Below are positions 1-12,346 of a DNA stretch of 64,000 bases, in pieces. Origin of the DNA: Chlorokybus atmophyticus. Its lineage: Eukaryota > Plantae > Mesostigma and Chlorokybus algae. The notes under the pieces are model-generated. The model was not told the DNA's origin and made no database searches. It worked only from the letters and a program-made list of their open reading frames with translations. Both the position numbers and the translations under genes were made by a program. How positions within the stretch are numbered: position 1 is the stretch's first letter; each line of letters begins with the position of its first letter. The DNA is taken from assembly GCA_009103225.1 (NCBI GenBank), contig RHPI01000101.1, positions 18,031 to 82,030 on the forward strand, written 5' to 3'.

Positions 1-1284
1 GCTGTTGGCAATCTGTGGTATGAAGGGGAGCAAGTGGCAATTCCCAACTCGGGCGACTTGCGTAAGCAATGCTTACATTCAGTGCATGACCCGCCGTATG
101 CTGGGCATTTGGGGAAATACAAAACACTCAAAGCTGCGCAAAAGTTATACTGGTGGCCGTCAATGTCAGCTGATGTGGATTAATATGTTCGCACGCGACG
201 TGTGTCCACGTAATAAGCCACTACGACAAAAACAAGCGGGATTGCTTAAACCATTGGTAGTTCCAGAATGAAAGTGGGATGGTGTTAGTATGGACTTGAT
301 TACTGACCTACCTGAAACAGCAGCCAAATACACTGCTGTAGTGGTTTTTGTCGACCGTTTGACCAAAATGGTGCATTTTGCTCCGTGTTGCACAACTGTG
401 AGTGCACGGGACTTGACACATTTATTTGTGTCCACGGTGTTTCGAGTTCACGGTGTACTGCGTGAGCTTATCACAGATCGTGATCCTCGTTTTGTCTCCA
501 AGTTTTGAAGAGAAGTCTGTGAATTGTTGAGGGTAAAACAAAGCATGTCGACTGCTTTCCACTCGCAAACGGACGGACAAACTGAGCGAGCAAATCAAAT
601 GCTGGAAGAAATGCTTCGCCACTATGTGGCTCCTAACCATGCTGATTGGGACAGGTACTTGCCAATGGCAGAGTTCGTTGTGAACAACGCGTGGCAGGAA
701 AGTGTAAAGGATACCCAATTTTTCTTTCTTTCTAACTTATGGGATTCGCCCGAACACACCAGCGTCATTGCGTGTACCTCGCAATGCCCTGACTGTACCA
801 GCGGCAAAGGAATTTGCCACTGATATGCAAGAAAATTTGGCTCGAGCTAAGCTATGTCTGTAAAAAACATAGGACAGGCAAAAAGCTTATGCTGATATAC
901 ATTGAAGAATGGGCACTTTCGATGTTGGCGATAAAGTTTTGCTTAACGCAAAGAACATAACCATCAAAGTTACGGGTGCTCGCAAATCGCAAACCCAATA
1001 GTTAGGTCCTTTCTCTATCACTGATAGAGTTGGCACGCACGCTTATCGACCACTCAGACGGTAGATCACAGCCTCCACCACCGCCAGTTGAGGTGGACAG
1101 CGAGCTCGAATACGAGGTGGAAGGTATATTGAACCATAAGCTAAATAGTTGAGGACGCGCAACTCGCTATTTGGTGAAATGGAAAGGGTATGGCCCAAAA
1201 CATAGCAGTTGGGAAACCGACATGCATCTTACGCACTGCCGCGAGTTGCTTCGAGCTTATTGGGATTCACGTCTTGTCTCGTAA
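1..1284 (+). mobile_element. Degenerate Ty3/Gypsy (chromovirus-type) retrotransposon: integrase plus C-terminal chromodomain
   Basis: Integrase motifs SMDLITDLP, VVFVDRLTKMVHF, ITDRDPRFVSKF and STAFHSQTDGQTERANQMLEEMLRHYV, broken by stops and frameshifts. Chromodomain at 1081-1284: EYEVEGILNH...RYLVKWKGYGPKHSSWE...LLRAYW. Confidence 0.92.
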
Positions 1285-1418
1285 ACTGTGGGCTTGGTTT
1301 TATGACAGACTGGCGGTGCAGTTTCATTACCACCCTGTCATTTTCTGCTATCTCATTGGTTAAAATTACTCGAAATCAAGCTTGATCAACTTGAGTTCAA
1401 CGAGGACGTTGAAAACCT

Positions 1419-1958
1419 AAGTGGGGGGAATGTAACGAGAGCAATATTAATAGGGGTATTATTGCTACCTAAATAACACATTCTGTATGAATAAGTATCT
1501 AAATATGTTTATTTATACCTCTTTTCTACGGTTCCTCGCTTATTGAAGGCCATGATGCTTTATCATAGCTTAAATAAGTCCCTATGGGTGTAGAACCGCT
1601 TATTCAAGCCTATCTAGTGTCACATTTGATAAAATGTGATCACTATCGCGTTATGTACCTTACGATAGGTATCTTTCGATAGGTACCTTATTGATAGGTA
1701 TCTTATCTAAGCTGTGATTGGCTCACGCTAGATTTTCTAACTACCCTATCTGTAGGGTCGATGTCTGATTGTGAGTTAATTATTAAGAGGTATATACTTG
1801 ATATACTCTTGATATAAAAGGTCACATTAAACTGATGTGACCTAAATTTCAGTTCTTTGCTCAATGGTGGCCACGCCGTTAAAAGGCTTATCATAGGCGG
1901 TGTGAGTGTTGGGGTAGAGGATTGAAAGGGCATCACCGGCGACGGTGGTGCTGTTACA
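1419..1958 (+). mobile_element. Polypurine tract (1419-1430) and probable 3' LTR (1431-1958, TGTAAC...GTTACA)
   Basis: AAGTGGGGGGAA is immediately followed by TGTAAC at 1431. The first matching GTTACA ends at 1958. The 5' LTR and target-site duplication lie outside the window, so the right end is unconfirmed. Confidence 0.6.
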
Positions 1959-2050
1959 ACGCGCTGCAGAATAAGTCACAGGCACTATTCTAACATAGCG
2001 CAGGCTCAACTTGAACTATCTATGTTGTGATTGATTAATGCCTTGTAAGT

Positions 2051-2751
2051 ATGACTTTCGCAGACAAGTCATGGCGGAAATTTAAGGTGACCGACAATGC
2101 AGACCCGGAGTGGAGGAGATACATCCATGAACTGGGCAATCCCATAATCTGGCAGATGATCGTGCAATACTGGTCTTACGCCGTCACTACATCTGGTCGC
2201 CGGCAGTTGACAGTCAACCACCTCGCATACCTGTTGCTTACGGTGAGCACTCTAAACTGACTCACTAGCAATTCGGGAATGCTATAGCCCCAAACTACAG
2301 GCTTGCAGACGCGCTGCAGTGAATAGTGGCTTTTAATGCCACTACGACATGCCTGTAAACTACGCGGGTGGAGCGCATCTTAAAGGGCAAGGATGGAGAC
2401 CCTCTCCTAGCTGCCAGCATCGACACACATGAAGAGTACCTCAGCAAAATCAACACCATGATTATGTCATTGAAGCGGGAGATGAGGCAACGGTACGCAG
2501 CCCTTCAGCCATTCACCTTTGTGAAACGCCGCACTGCATCTTGTGTCAAATACCTGAAAGATCCCAATTGGCGCCGGCCGCAAGAGACAGCAGCTCGTGA
2601 CCCGCTCGTTGAGGCAGAAGCGGCATTTAATTGGCTGGCGCAACCGTTTGAGGAGAAAAAAGAGCAAGCTCCGGCGTCTCCGCTACATTTCCCAGCGCGT
2701 GGTGCTTTGTTTCATGATGACGTGCAAGGCGATGATGGAGAGGAGCTGTAG
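2051..2751 (+). pseudogene. Decayed ORF remnant of unknown family
   Basis: Two protein-like ORFs (2051-2260, 2368-2751), a plausible donor ACG|GTGAGC at 2243 and acceptor CTACAG at 2300. No splice combination I tried gives an open join. Confidence 0.3.
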
Positions 2752-3133
2752 CGGTTGGTAGTCCGTATAGCTGGTAGTGTACACAGCTGCAAGGCTCTTG
2801 TATCTTAGTGTTGTGCATCTTAAACCAGCCCAGTTAATCGTCATTATGCTCATGCATGTAAAAACTTTCTTATAATATACAACAGAATGGCAGGCATTTA
2901 AGTACATAACCGAACTACAAGCCTTGGCAATTGACTAAGAGACACTGTACACACCTCAGGTACCTGTACACAGCACATGCACATAACGATGCTGGCAGTC
3001 AATGACAGTCGCGCGTAGTCATGCTATGCAAATGCATACAATCGGTTACCTTTTGTTGCTTGAAGAATGCCTTATCTTGTTGACAATAATCTAGTTGGTG
3101 CTTGTTAATTAGGCTCAATCGCCTGCGCTGCAC

Positions 3134-3420
3134 TGGTGTGTAACCTGCAGGTGCCTGTTACATAGGCTGAGTCATTGAAGTTGGATTGATGTGTAACTTG
3201 CAGGTGCCTGTTAATTAGGTCTGGTCATTTATTAGGGCCTGATGTGTAACTTTCAGGTGCTCATTATTTAAGTATAGTCACCTGTTAAAGGCCTATTCGG
3301 TAACTTTTGAGTGCCCGTGAATTATAATTAATCACCTGTTAAGGCCTGATATGTAATTAACAGGTGCTTATTAATTAGGCATACTCAACTGTTAAAGACT
3401 GATTTGTAACGAGAAAGGCC
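3134..3420. repeat. Degenerate tandem repeat, about 53-bp unit, about 6 copies
   Basis: Core TGATGTGTAACTTGCAGGTGC and variants recur at about 3134, 3187, 3240, 3294, 3347 and 3400. Confidence 0.8.
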
Positions 3421-5025
3421 TGATAGTAACGAGTTAAAGTTATACTCAAGTCTTTGTATCAAGATTACAAGTAAACTAAGCCACGACAGTCCAAATAAGT
3501 ATCTATTGGTGCACGGCCGTTGCTAATACTTGGTGGGCTGGCAGAGGAAACATTTGGCGACGCTGCTGCGCTTTGAGGGCTTTATCTGCGACTGCCATCA
3601 GCGCGTTGCATACGCCACGCACATGCGATGACAATCTTTTAACGGGGAGCGGCAGCAGTAACTGCGATGCCGGGACGTGGATTCTGTCACATAAGTGTTA
3701 CAGGACTTGTAGCTAAAAACCCTCTACTTATTGAGGCAGACACTTGCATATTATAAATGGGGTTGCGTTTCCTAATCGGTTTGTGCGTGATGGAATGGCG
3801 TGTGCGGTTAATGATGGTGGCAGCAACAACAGCCAACATTTGCTTGTCAATGATAATAGAGTTGTCTGCATGCCAATTGCTGCCGAGCGTGACGTGGCGC
3901 TTACTTGTTTTGCTAACGTGATAATGCTACTCAACCAAGGGAAAGGCTAAAACTGTGCACTTGATATCATACAGGAGATGGCGGACGGCTTCGGGCAAGT
4001 GGACGGCTTTATATGTATCTTTGTATTTAGTAAAAACAAAGATTGACAATGTCAATTGCCCTAGACGACCTAATATCAAACTTGATACAAGTTAAGCGTT
4101 GATGTCGCATTCAGGTACGGCAATGAAGGTCGGTTATCCGGTCACCGGCTGACCATATGTATGGCGAGCGGTCAATCCGTCTTTGACTGAATATAGAACT
4201 TTTACTTGCTCTAATTCAGTCTCACGATCTAAACTTGCCTAGTTACATGTTTTTTTTACATGTTTATTAATGATAAAGCAATACTGATGTCCAAGTAAAT
4301 AATGTCTTACTCTACAATGCCGCCTCACCTCACATACATTTCAAGTATTATATAACGGATTTAATCGCCTACCCTTAAAGCATCCGCATATATTACAGGA
4401 GCAAAAACATATATTATCATGATCATAAAACACAATTTTAGTATATGCACGATACAGCTTATATATATATATATATATACATATACACACACATACACAC
4501 GCGCACACATACACAGGTTGTATGCAAAAAGCGCCATAAAAAACAAATCACGCCATGTATGCATAACTGTATTTTATTACTGCAATTGTTTACAAACATA
4601 TTTGCTGATCCTTGCTTAATTATAATGACATAAATGATTGGATTTCAGTTGCAAAAATCAGTACTATGCATATTACATGAAACTATATGGGTATGTAACA
4701 CTGGAGTTGTTGAATTATACACCAACATGTGGGTGAGGTATATCACCTTTCATAATGAAGTAACATGAATAATCAATCAAGGATGTTTACAGATATGTAG
4801 CATATCAATTACTCTTCGCGCGAAGCGCCCGACATTTTTAGTATCTTACGTACGCCATGTCAGCAACTTTGCTTTTTCATCAGTTACTCTACTTGGAGAT
4901 TTTGAGTTATTACAAGAAGTGTGTTAAAGAGGTACAAGACTTGACCATGACTTGCTGCTTCAATCAGCTTATATATCTGTGACATACTTCTGTGACACCA
5001 CCAATCTGCCGCGGTGGATGGCATA

Positions 5026-5339
5026 CCGTACTTGCCCGGATAGCCCCCCTATACTTAGAAGCCCCTCCGACCGTTTATGAGCCCCCCATTGCTCAATGCA
5101 ACTTATTGTGCCCGTCGAGTTACGCCGGCTGCGCTCGGGTTACGCTTTTACATGTGCGAGTCGCGCGCGTCCAGTGTCATGTCACACCTGACGCGCGCGA
5201 CTCCCACATGCAGCAGCGTAACTCGCGCTAAGAGGCCCCCCCTGTGCAATAGGAGCCCCCCCCGAATACAAGCCCCCTTCATTAAAAGGGGTGGGGGGCT
5301 TTGTTAAAAAAGGGGAGGCTTCTATCCGGGCAATTACGG
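5026..5339. mobile_element. Tc1/mariner-superfamily (pogo/Tc2-like termini) MITE, 314 bp
   Basis: TIRs CCGTACTTGCCCGGATAG and CTATCCGGGCAATTACGG (1 mismatch), flanked by TA on both sides. Internal inverted repeat at about 5140-5225; no credible coding sequence. Confidence 0.85.
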
Positions 5340-6784
5340 TAATCATGGTATTGTACGCTCAAATGATATAAAAGTAATTATACACAAGCATCAACGGTTA
5401 CAAACCAAACACATGATATAAAAGCTTGCGCGCAAGCTTTGCACATATATATGCAGTGGCTGTATGCTTATTTGCATGGAGAAGATCAAGAAGAAAATGT
5501 TTCTGCTTATATACGCGTGCAGCGCGTAAGCTTTTGCACATAAGACGTAATCTCTTGCAATGCATGTTAATGAAATACACGTATAAAATCTTACATGAGT
5601 TACCCGCAAGCTAATATATACAAATGTAGTCGTATTATATTATACATTCTTTAATAATTGTAGCACTATTGCGTTTGGTCAATCAAACATCTCGATTCAA
5701 TAAAATGTACAAGGTACATCGATGATGTATCAACACATACATTTATATGTTCAATGTGCAAGAAGTGCGCAAGCTTTTGCACATTAAACGAATAAAAATG
5801 CATTGGATTTCCTTTTTATATTGGCTGCTCTACTTGCCAAGCATGCTTATAATTCATATTTCAATAAAAAGCAATTCAATCGTGACTTGCTGCCGTAAGA
5901 GGTTGCATAATCATTTGAAGTTGTTACCGTGACATCGCTTGTTAGCAATACATTGTTATAGAGCGACGGCCATGGTATTCATCGCAGTCAGCCGGACAAT
6001 TCTAACATATATATTATTATTCCCCGAAGATGAATCGGTGACTCGAAGTGCACTCGATGCAATACGAGCTTCTCTCTCCATAATTGCCTGTTCTCTTCAA
6101 AACTTAAGGCCCGACTTTGTACTTACTAGAAATTGGACCCGAAATACCGAATACAACACATGTCAGTGACATGATGTCACCACCAGTGGCTTCCTTTCGG
6201 GTGGGGCCGAATTGGCCGGGCCGATGGTTCATCAGCCGGCCGAAGCACATAATGTGTTGTGGTCGGAAGTTTTGTGTCGCCTAAAATACTCAGACTCAGG
6301 GGGAAACAGGGGTTGGGAATCCCTTCAGGATTCCATGCGGCACGTGCGGTAGCTCAGTATCAGCACGTTAGCATCTGCGGCGTTCGTGCACCAATTGTAA
6401 GCCGTCAGCTCGTCAGCATTTGCTGCTTTGCACGTCACGTTACGCATGCTGCACGTTACGTGCCTCTTTCAGCAATTGTTTCAAATAGTTTGTTTGACAG
6501 CGTTTAACCGCGTCCTTTGAATTAACCGTGGTTTGTGTCAAACAGTGGCTTGTGGCCTGGCTGGACTACTGGGCTGCTGTTAGCCTGCTCCCACCAGGCC
6601 GATTGGGTGTGCGTGTGTCTTGGTCTGGCCTGGTCGGCGTGTCCTGCTTCACAGGCCTGAGCTAATTTGCCATTTCAATTTGCTACGTTCTCGCCCTTCT
6701 TGCTTACGTGGTCTTTCGTAGTCTGGTGCAGCTCCGCACAGCAGTGGTCTGGCCTAGTCTGGTCTCCTCTGCGCCCTTGCAGCC

Positions 6785-9427
6785 ATGAGGCTGGAGGCGG
6801 GCGTCGCGGAGGCCAACGGTCACGTGATGAGCAACGGCGATGTGGTGCTCAGCAACGGCGATGCCCACAGCGACCACCACCACGACAACCAGCGCCCAGT
6901 GAAGCTCATCATCGATACCGATCCGGGCGTTGATGATGCCCTTGCTCTCTTTATGGCTTTCCAACGATCAGACCTTTACAAGGTACTCAACAACAAACAC
7001 AGCCATGTTGCAAGTGTGAGTAAGTCGGTTTGCTTTCCTTATTGACAGCATTTCTTTCCGCATCAACATTGTTGCTCGCACTGGCTAAAAGAAAGTGCAC
7101 AGTAGATGGTATGATAAAGTTGCTCAGCAAAAAGCGGTTACAAACAAGAATGCGCACACTTGTTTGTGAGGCCCGCGTATGGGAAGAACTCTTAGCATAG
7201 AAGGTCTAAGCTTACATCTGTCATTGTTTGTACAGTCAGCTCACACGAATAACTCCAATGCACATTAATAAAACTGCACGCAGGTCATACTTGTGATGTA
7301 GGAGAAACAGAAGAAGACTAACTTGATGCAGCTAACTTTGAATTGTAGGTAAACCAATGCGCAAAAAACCATTGCAGGGAATTACGCACACAGTATATCA
7401 TGTTGCACAAAGCACAGAGCGCGACAAGGTGTTACTTGAGATGTATAGTGGAGCAAAGACTGTGTGAACTGAGTCATCTCCGCACTCTAAAACCAGACAA
7501 TGTCTGTGGGAATCAACAAGAGATCATGCAGTCATGGTTGTGTGAAGTGAGCCTTTCATGCAGGTTGTGGCGTTGACAACGATTTTTGGCAACGTGCACA
7601 CCCCGCTGGCAACGCAGAATGCACTGCGGCTGGTGGAGCGGGCAGGTGCAGCCGCGGAGGGTGTGGCCGTTGTTCAGGGCGCCCTCGGGCCCCTGGGTGA
7701 CGGCATTGTCAAGCGCGTCGCTGACTTTGTGCACGGGAAGGTACTATCAGTGGCAGTGACAATGCGAGCATCAAGTGTTGAAGTATGTCACCGTGTTGGA
7801 AGCAGTGTGACTGGCGAGGATCAGTGGCCTGTGCAACATGACATTGGTGTTCCTTGATTGTTGCCTTGCCAATGGAGCAAGTGGCATGTATGTGGCATGT
7901 GTAGCTGCTCAATCAAGCTCAATCAACTGCATCGCTGTTTGGGAGAACACATTAGTTACTTCGCATTCACAACTGTCTGCCAACTGTTACACAGCCAGTG
8001 CCAATCGCTACGAACAGATGTCACTCGTCAGGTGTCATTAACATCGTTTGTAGACATAAGTGTCGAACTGTGAGACACTTGCATATTAGCTGTTTACCAG
8101 CTAGTAATATTCCATGCTGACTGGCCGTAACAGGCCACTTACAGGTTATTACTGCCAGTCAGCTGTTGGTAACAGCTGTTACCCACAGCTTGGTAGTGAC
8201 AGCTGTTATCAGCTGTGAGTTCATTGTTGTTCTGATGACGTTGCACAACGAGGTGTTTACTGCAGCCAAGTATAGCCGCTAATTCTGGTAACAGGGCTAA
8301 TTCTGGCAGCACCGGGTCGTCAATGAACATTGCTACAGCAACAATTGGATGTAGCCGTGTTTGAGAGTGAGTTTGTTTGCTCAACCTCGCATCCATGTAC
8401 AGGACGGCCTTGGTAACACGTTCCCTTCTCCGCCTAGTGGCACTCCTTTGCCCGGCACGAGCGCAGCACAGTACCTCGTGGACGCGGCTAACGCATCCCC
8501 GGGGGAGCTCACCGTTCTCGCCCTTGGACCCCTCACCAACCTTGCGCTTGCGCTACGCATCGACCCCAATTGGCCCAAGAAGGTGTGTTTTTGTGCTCTA
8601 TGCACAAAATGCTGGTGCAACGCCGACACAACCCTTGTGTCGCTCATGTGTCGAGTACTGCATGGGTGCTTTTGGTTGGTCAGCACAGTTGCTTACGAGA
8701 TGCGACCTTGTCATAACTCTGCAGGTGAAGAAAATTGTGGTGTTGGGTGGTGCTTTCTTCGTCAACGGCAATGTCAATCCAGCTGCCGAAGCCAACATTG
8801 CCGGCGATGCTGAGGCTGCAGACATTGTCTTTGGGTGCGGGGAGAATGTTTACGTTGTCGGTCTCAACGTTACCACAGGTACATTGCTTACACATTCTAG
8901 TACTGAAAGGGGTTGTTGTGTGTCAAACAAACACCTGTGTTGTTGCGTATGCAGAGGTGTACTTGACGGACAAGGACCTGGACCACATCAAAGAGTCAAA
9001 CTCGAAACATGGGGCGTATTGCCATGAGATATGCCAGTTTTACATGGGCTACCACAAGACGGCATTCGGGCTACCCGGCGTGTACCTCCACGACCCCACT
9101 GCTCTTGTCGCCATCACGCACCCACACCTTTTCACGTGGGCTCATGGCGCTGTCCGCGTTGTCACTGAAGGCCTTGCCCACGGTGAAACCATCATGGACG
9201 CCGGCGGAAAAAAGTGAGCTGTTGTTCGTGTGCGCGTGCATGCATGCACATACGTGTGCGTGCATGTTGTTGGGTGTTTCGCTGGCGTTGGTACTGATTG
9301 TTGTTTGTGTGTCTGCAGTTGGTATGTGGAGAACCCATGGATGGGAAGGCCGGCGATAGCCGTTGCAGTGAAGGTGCAAGCGCCCGAGGTTGTGCAGCTC
9401 GTGAAGGAGTCTCTCATGCAACAATGA
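6785..9427 (+). CDS. URH: Inosine/uridine-preferring nucleoside hydrolase (plant URH/NSH type), 6 exons
   Basis: Exons 6785-6982, 7564-7740, 8403-8582, 8725-8878, 8955-9213 and 9319-9427 splice in frame. Motifs: LIIDTDPGVDDALA, TTIFGNV, ADFVHGKDGLGN, LALGPLTNLA, GNVNPAAEANI, YLHDPTA. Confidence 0.96.
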
Positions 9428-9791
9428 CTGGTTGGCCGCCCAGTGAGGCAAGGGGAGGGGTGTAGGTTAGGAGGGGTGAAATGCAACATGGCATGCAGAT
9501 GTACATTTGTAGATTAGTCTCAGGTGATTCTTGCATCTGGCAGGTCGTGTATGAGTGCCTCCTGCAGATGCTTTGGTAGTGTTTGGGTCAATAGTATGTG
9601 CCAGCAGTAGTGGCACTCCACTGTGTTGTAAGGCACTAGTGGGGCTCCGTTGCTCATTATGTAATTACCACTGGCAATGGGCCAGTGTTTGGTGTTTTGG
9701 AGGCACAGGGGCTGATCTCTATCTGCGTTTGTACGCGGTGCCAGCTGTGAGACACACACATGCTAATATGTGTGTTTGTGGTGTCTATCAG

Positions 9792-12346
9792 ATGGCATAT
9801 GATGTTGAACTTGGTCAGGCTGGTAGGAATACACACAATGCACAACAACAACAACAACAACAACCACAAACGCTAGCCACCGCGCAAAGTGATCGTGTGC
9901 AACTTCCACCTGCAACAGTGGCGAAAGTAGCCAAGACTGTCGCCTCCATGCGTATATCTGCCAGGATTGAGAGGACAAGAAGAAAAGCAAGATGGTGAGT
10001 TGCTAGTGGCCGGCCCCCGCCTTAGGCCAGCTCGCCAACAACAAGCGGGAGGGGTAGAGAGGAAACGTGCGAGTCAGCTGACGGTGAGTGGCCGATGGCC
10101 GGCCTCAGCCTAGGCTCGCTCGCCAACAACACTGCCGCCGCTGTTGCCGCTGCCACATTGTACACACTTGTTCACATCCTTCAGCTCAGCCTTTGTTGCG
10201 GGGGGCGACGCAGGGGGAGGCGGGGGCGGAGGCGGAGGCGGAGGCGGAGGCAAGGTGGTCGCTGGTGAGGTGAGCGCAGATTGCTGGCCGGCTGCTTGGT
10301 TGGTTGTTTGCGGACTTGATGGCTTTGTGTCTGTGTGTGCTATACAACAGCAAATGCTGTAGAGTGGGCTCATGCTGTGTCTTAGAGTTGTATTTGCGCT
10401 TGCACACCGACAGCTGCCCCTTGCAAGTCTTTCCTCGTGGCTGTTGTACAAGTTGTAGCTACCCTCGTGGCATCTCAAGCAAGCACGATAGGATCAAATC
10501 ACTAGCACAGCCGTTGACCACCAGTCGCCGTGGTTGTATACTTTGCGGCTGCCATCAACAACTAGCAGCCCATCCTTGAGCAGTGTACAGTGCAAACTCT
10601 ACGCATGTTAAGGCAATTGCTGTTGTTTATAGGGGCACTCCTTCCACACGAGCCATTCATGTCATTGTCTTTGCTTGCATAGTGCTGAAGTTTTATTGAT
10701 GCCATATCAGCTTAGCTTGGCTGCTACCTTGCTTAGTCGAATACATTGGCAATAACAGCAGTCCCTATACTCACAATCGCGCCTGTGTGGATGGCAGCCC
10801 ATCGTTTTTAGCACCACCAATCAAGCCCTGGCAGGTCTTATAGCAACCCGCATTGCTTTCAGGCCTCTGTGCAAGTTGAAGTCACACATGCATGTGCGTG
10901 CTTACACGGAGTGGAGTGCTTACAACGCAATGGCGGGGGCGGAGGCGGAGGCGGAGGCGGAGGCAAGGTGGTCGCTGGTGAGGTGAGCGCAGATTGCTGG
11001 CCGGCTGCTTGGTTGGTTGTTTGCGGACTTGATGGCTTTGTGTCTGTGTGTGCTATACAACAGCAAATGCTGTAGAGTGGGCTCATGCTGTGTCTTAGAG
11101 TTGTATTTGCGCTTGCACACCGACAGCTGCCCCTTGCAAGTCTTTCCTCGTGGCTGTTGTACAAGTTGTAGCTACCCTCGTGGCATCTCAAGCAAGCACG
11201 ATAGGATCAAATCACTAGTGACCTTTGGCCCCGTATGTTAACAGTGGTCATCCATAATGCAGAGTATGTGCAGTTGAAGGACGATGAGTCCATTATTGTG
11301 CAATCAGCCACGCAGCGGTATGTGTTCCAAGTCGTGGCACGCTTGGGCACGCCTCGCACCTATGGAGCTGTATATGCTGTTGAAGCCACGGCAGGAACGC
11401 AAGTATCGGTGGTAACAGCCACAGGCATGTATGTGTTGAAGGTTGACCCACAGCCGTGCGATCTTGAAGAAGCAAAACGCCTTGATGACGACCTAACACC
11501 ATGGACTCAGGTGCATGCTGCGGCAAAAGCCTCAATTCATGTAATTGTTGTGACAGCACAGTTGACCTGATACAAGTGACTTTTCCTCTTCTTTGCAGGT
11601 GGAGCGCGAAGCCTCCGTTCTGGCCCACTTAGGCAAGCACGGGTTGATGAGTCTCAGAATTGGTAGACCACGGGACGATTGAGCCATCCCCTGCTTGTAC
11701 TTCTGGTGTGGCTGGCGCTCGAGCAATTATCACACCTCTGCAGGGACGTCCGCTGGTGCCAGCCACCGGAGCGGTTTTGCCTTTGAAGTCGGCTGCAGTG
11801 CAAAAGCTGGCGGCGGATGTCCTTGAAGGCTTGCTTTTCGCACATGCCCAGGGTGTGTGGCACAATGACGTCGCACCCCAAAACATAGGCGTCACTCATG
11901 CTGGCTCGGAAGCGATGGGAAGCTACTATCTGTTCGATTTTGGGGCTGCCAGCTGCCCCGCCCTACACCTGTACGACCAACCCATGGCGCACGAGTTGTA
12001 TGCCTCCACTAGCTGGTTGGTGACAGGGCAGGTGTCCTCTGCTCTGGCGGATATCGAATCTCTTGTCTACACGTGCATGGCATTGTCCTCCCCCGGGGAG
12101 GACTCCTTGCATGGCTATGCTGAGCCCGCAGCGTTGCCATGGGAGGAGGCTCAACTCCGTGGCAACGTGCTGCGGGTGCTTTTCCTGCGGGCAGATCTTC
12201 ACGCGCAGCCAGAGGAAAACCCAGTCTTGCGGAGTTGGCCTCGCCCCCTGCTGGAATTTGCCAAGGGCGTCTTTCGTTGTGTTTACACTGGAGCACCGCC
12301 ACCACCCATGGAGGAGTGGTTGAGCTTGCTGCGTGGCCCCACATAG
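9792..12346 (+). pseudogene. CK1-like Ser/Thr protein kinase with a frameshift at about 11641-11660 (copy 1)
   Basis: Putative exons 9792-9994, 10185-10269, 11205-11510 and 11599-12346. N-lobe RLGTPRTYGAVY...YVLKV...VEREASVL; C-lobe WHNDVAPQNI, LFDFG, SALADIESLVY, LPW. After the 11598 acceptor the frame is offset by 1 nt from the C-lobe ORF. Confidence 0.75.
10219..11218. repeat. 287-bp direct repeat (10219-10505 and 10932-11218) in the kinase 5' region
   Basis: Matching GGCGGGGGCGGAGG...GGATCAAATCACTAG segments at offset 713; present only once in duplication copy 2. Confidence 0.92.

Noticed and set aside
3134-3420. CRISPR-like array
   Set aside because: Units are contiguous and degenerate with no unique spacers, there are no cas genes, and the context is eukaryotic.
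10078-10083. 6-nt microexon (AG|CTGACG|GTGAGT)
   Set aside because: Including it in the required phase creates TGA; skipping it keeps the kinase frame.
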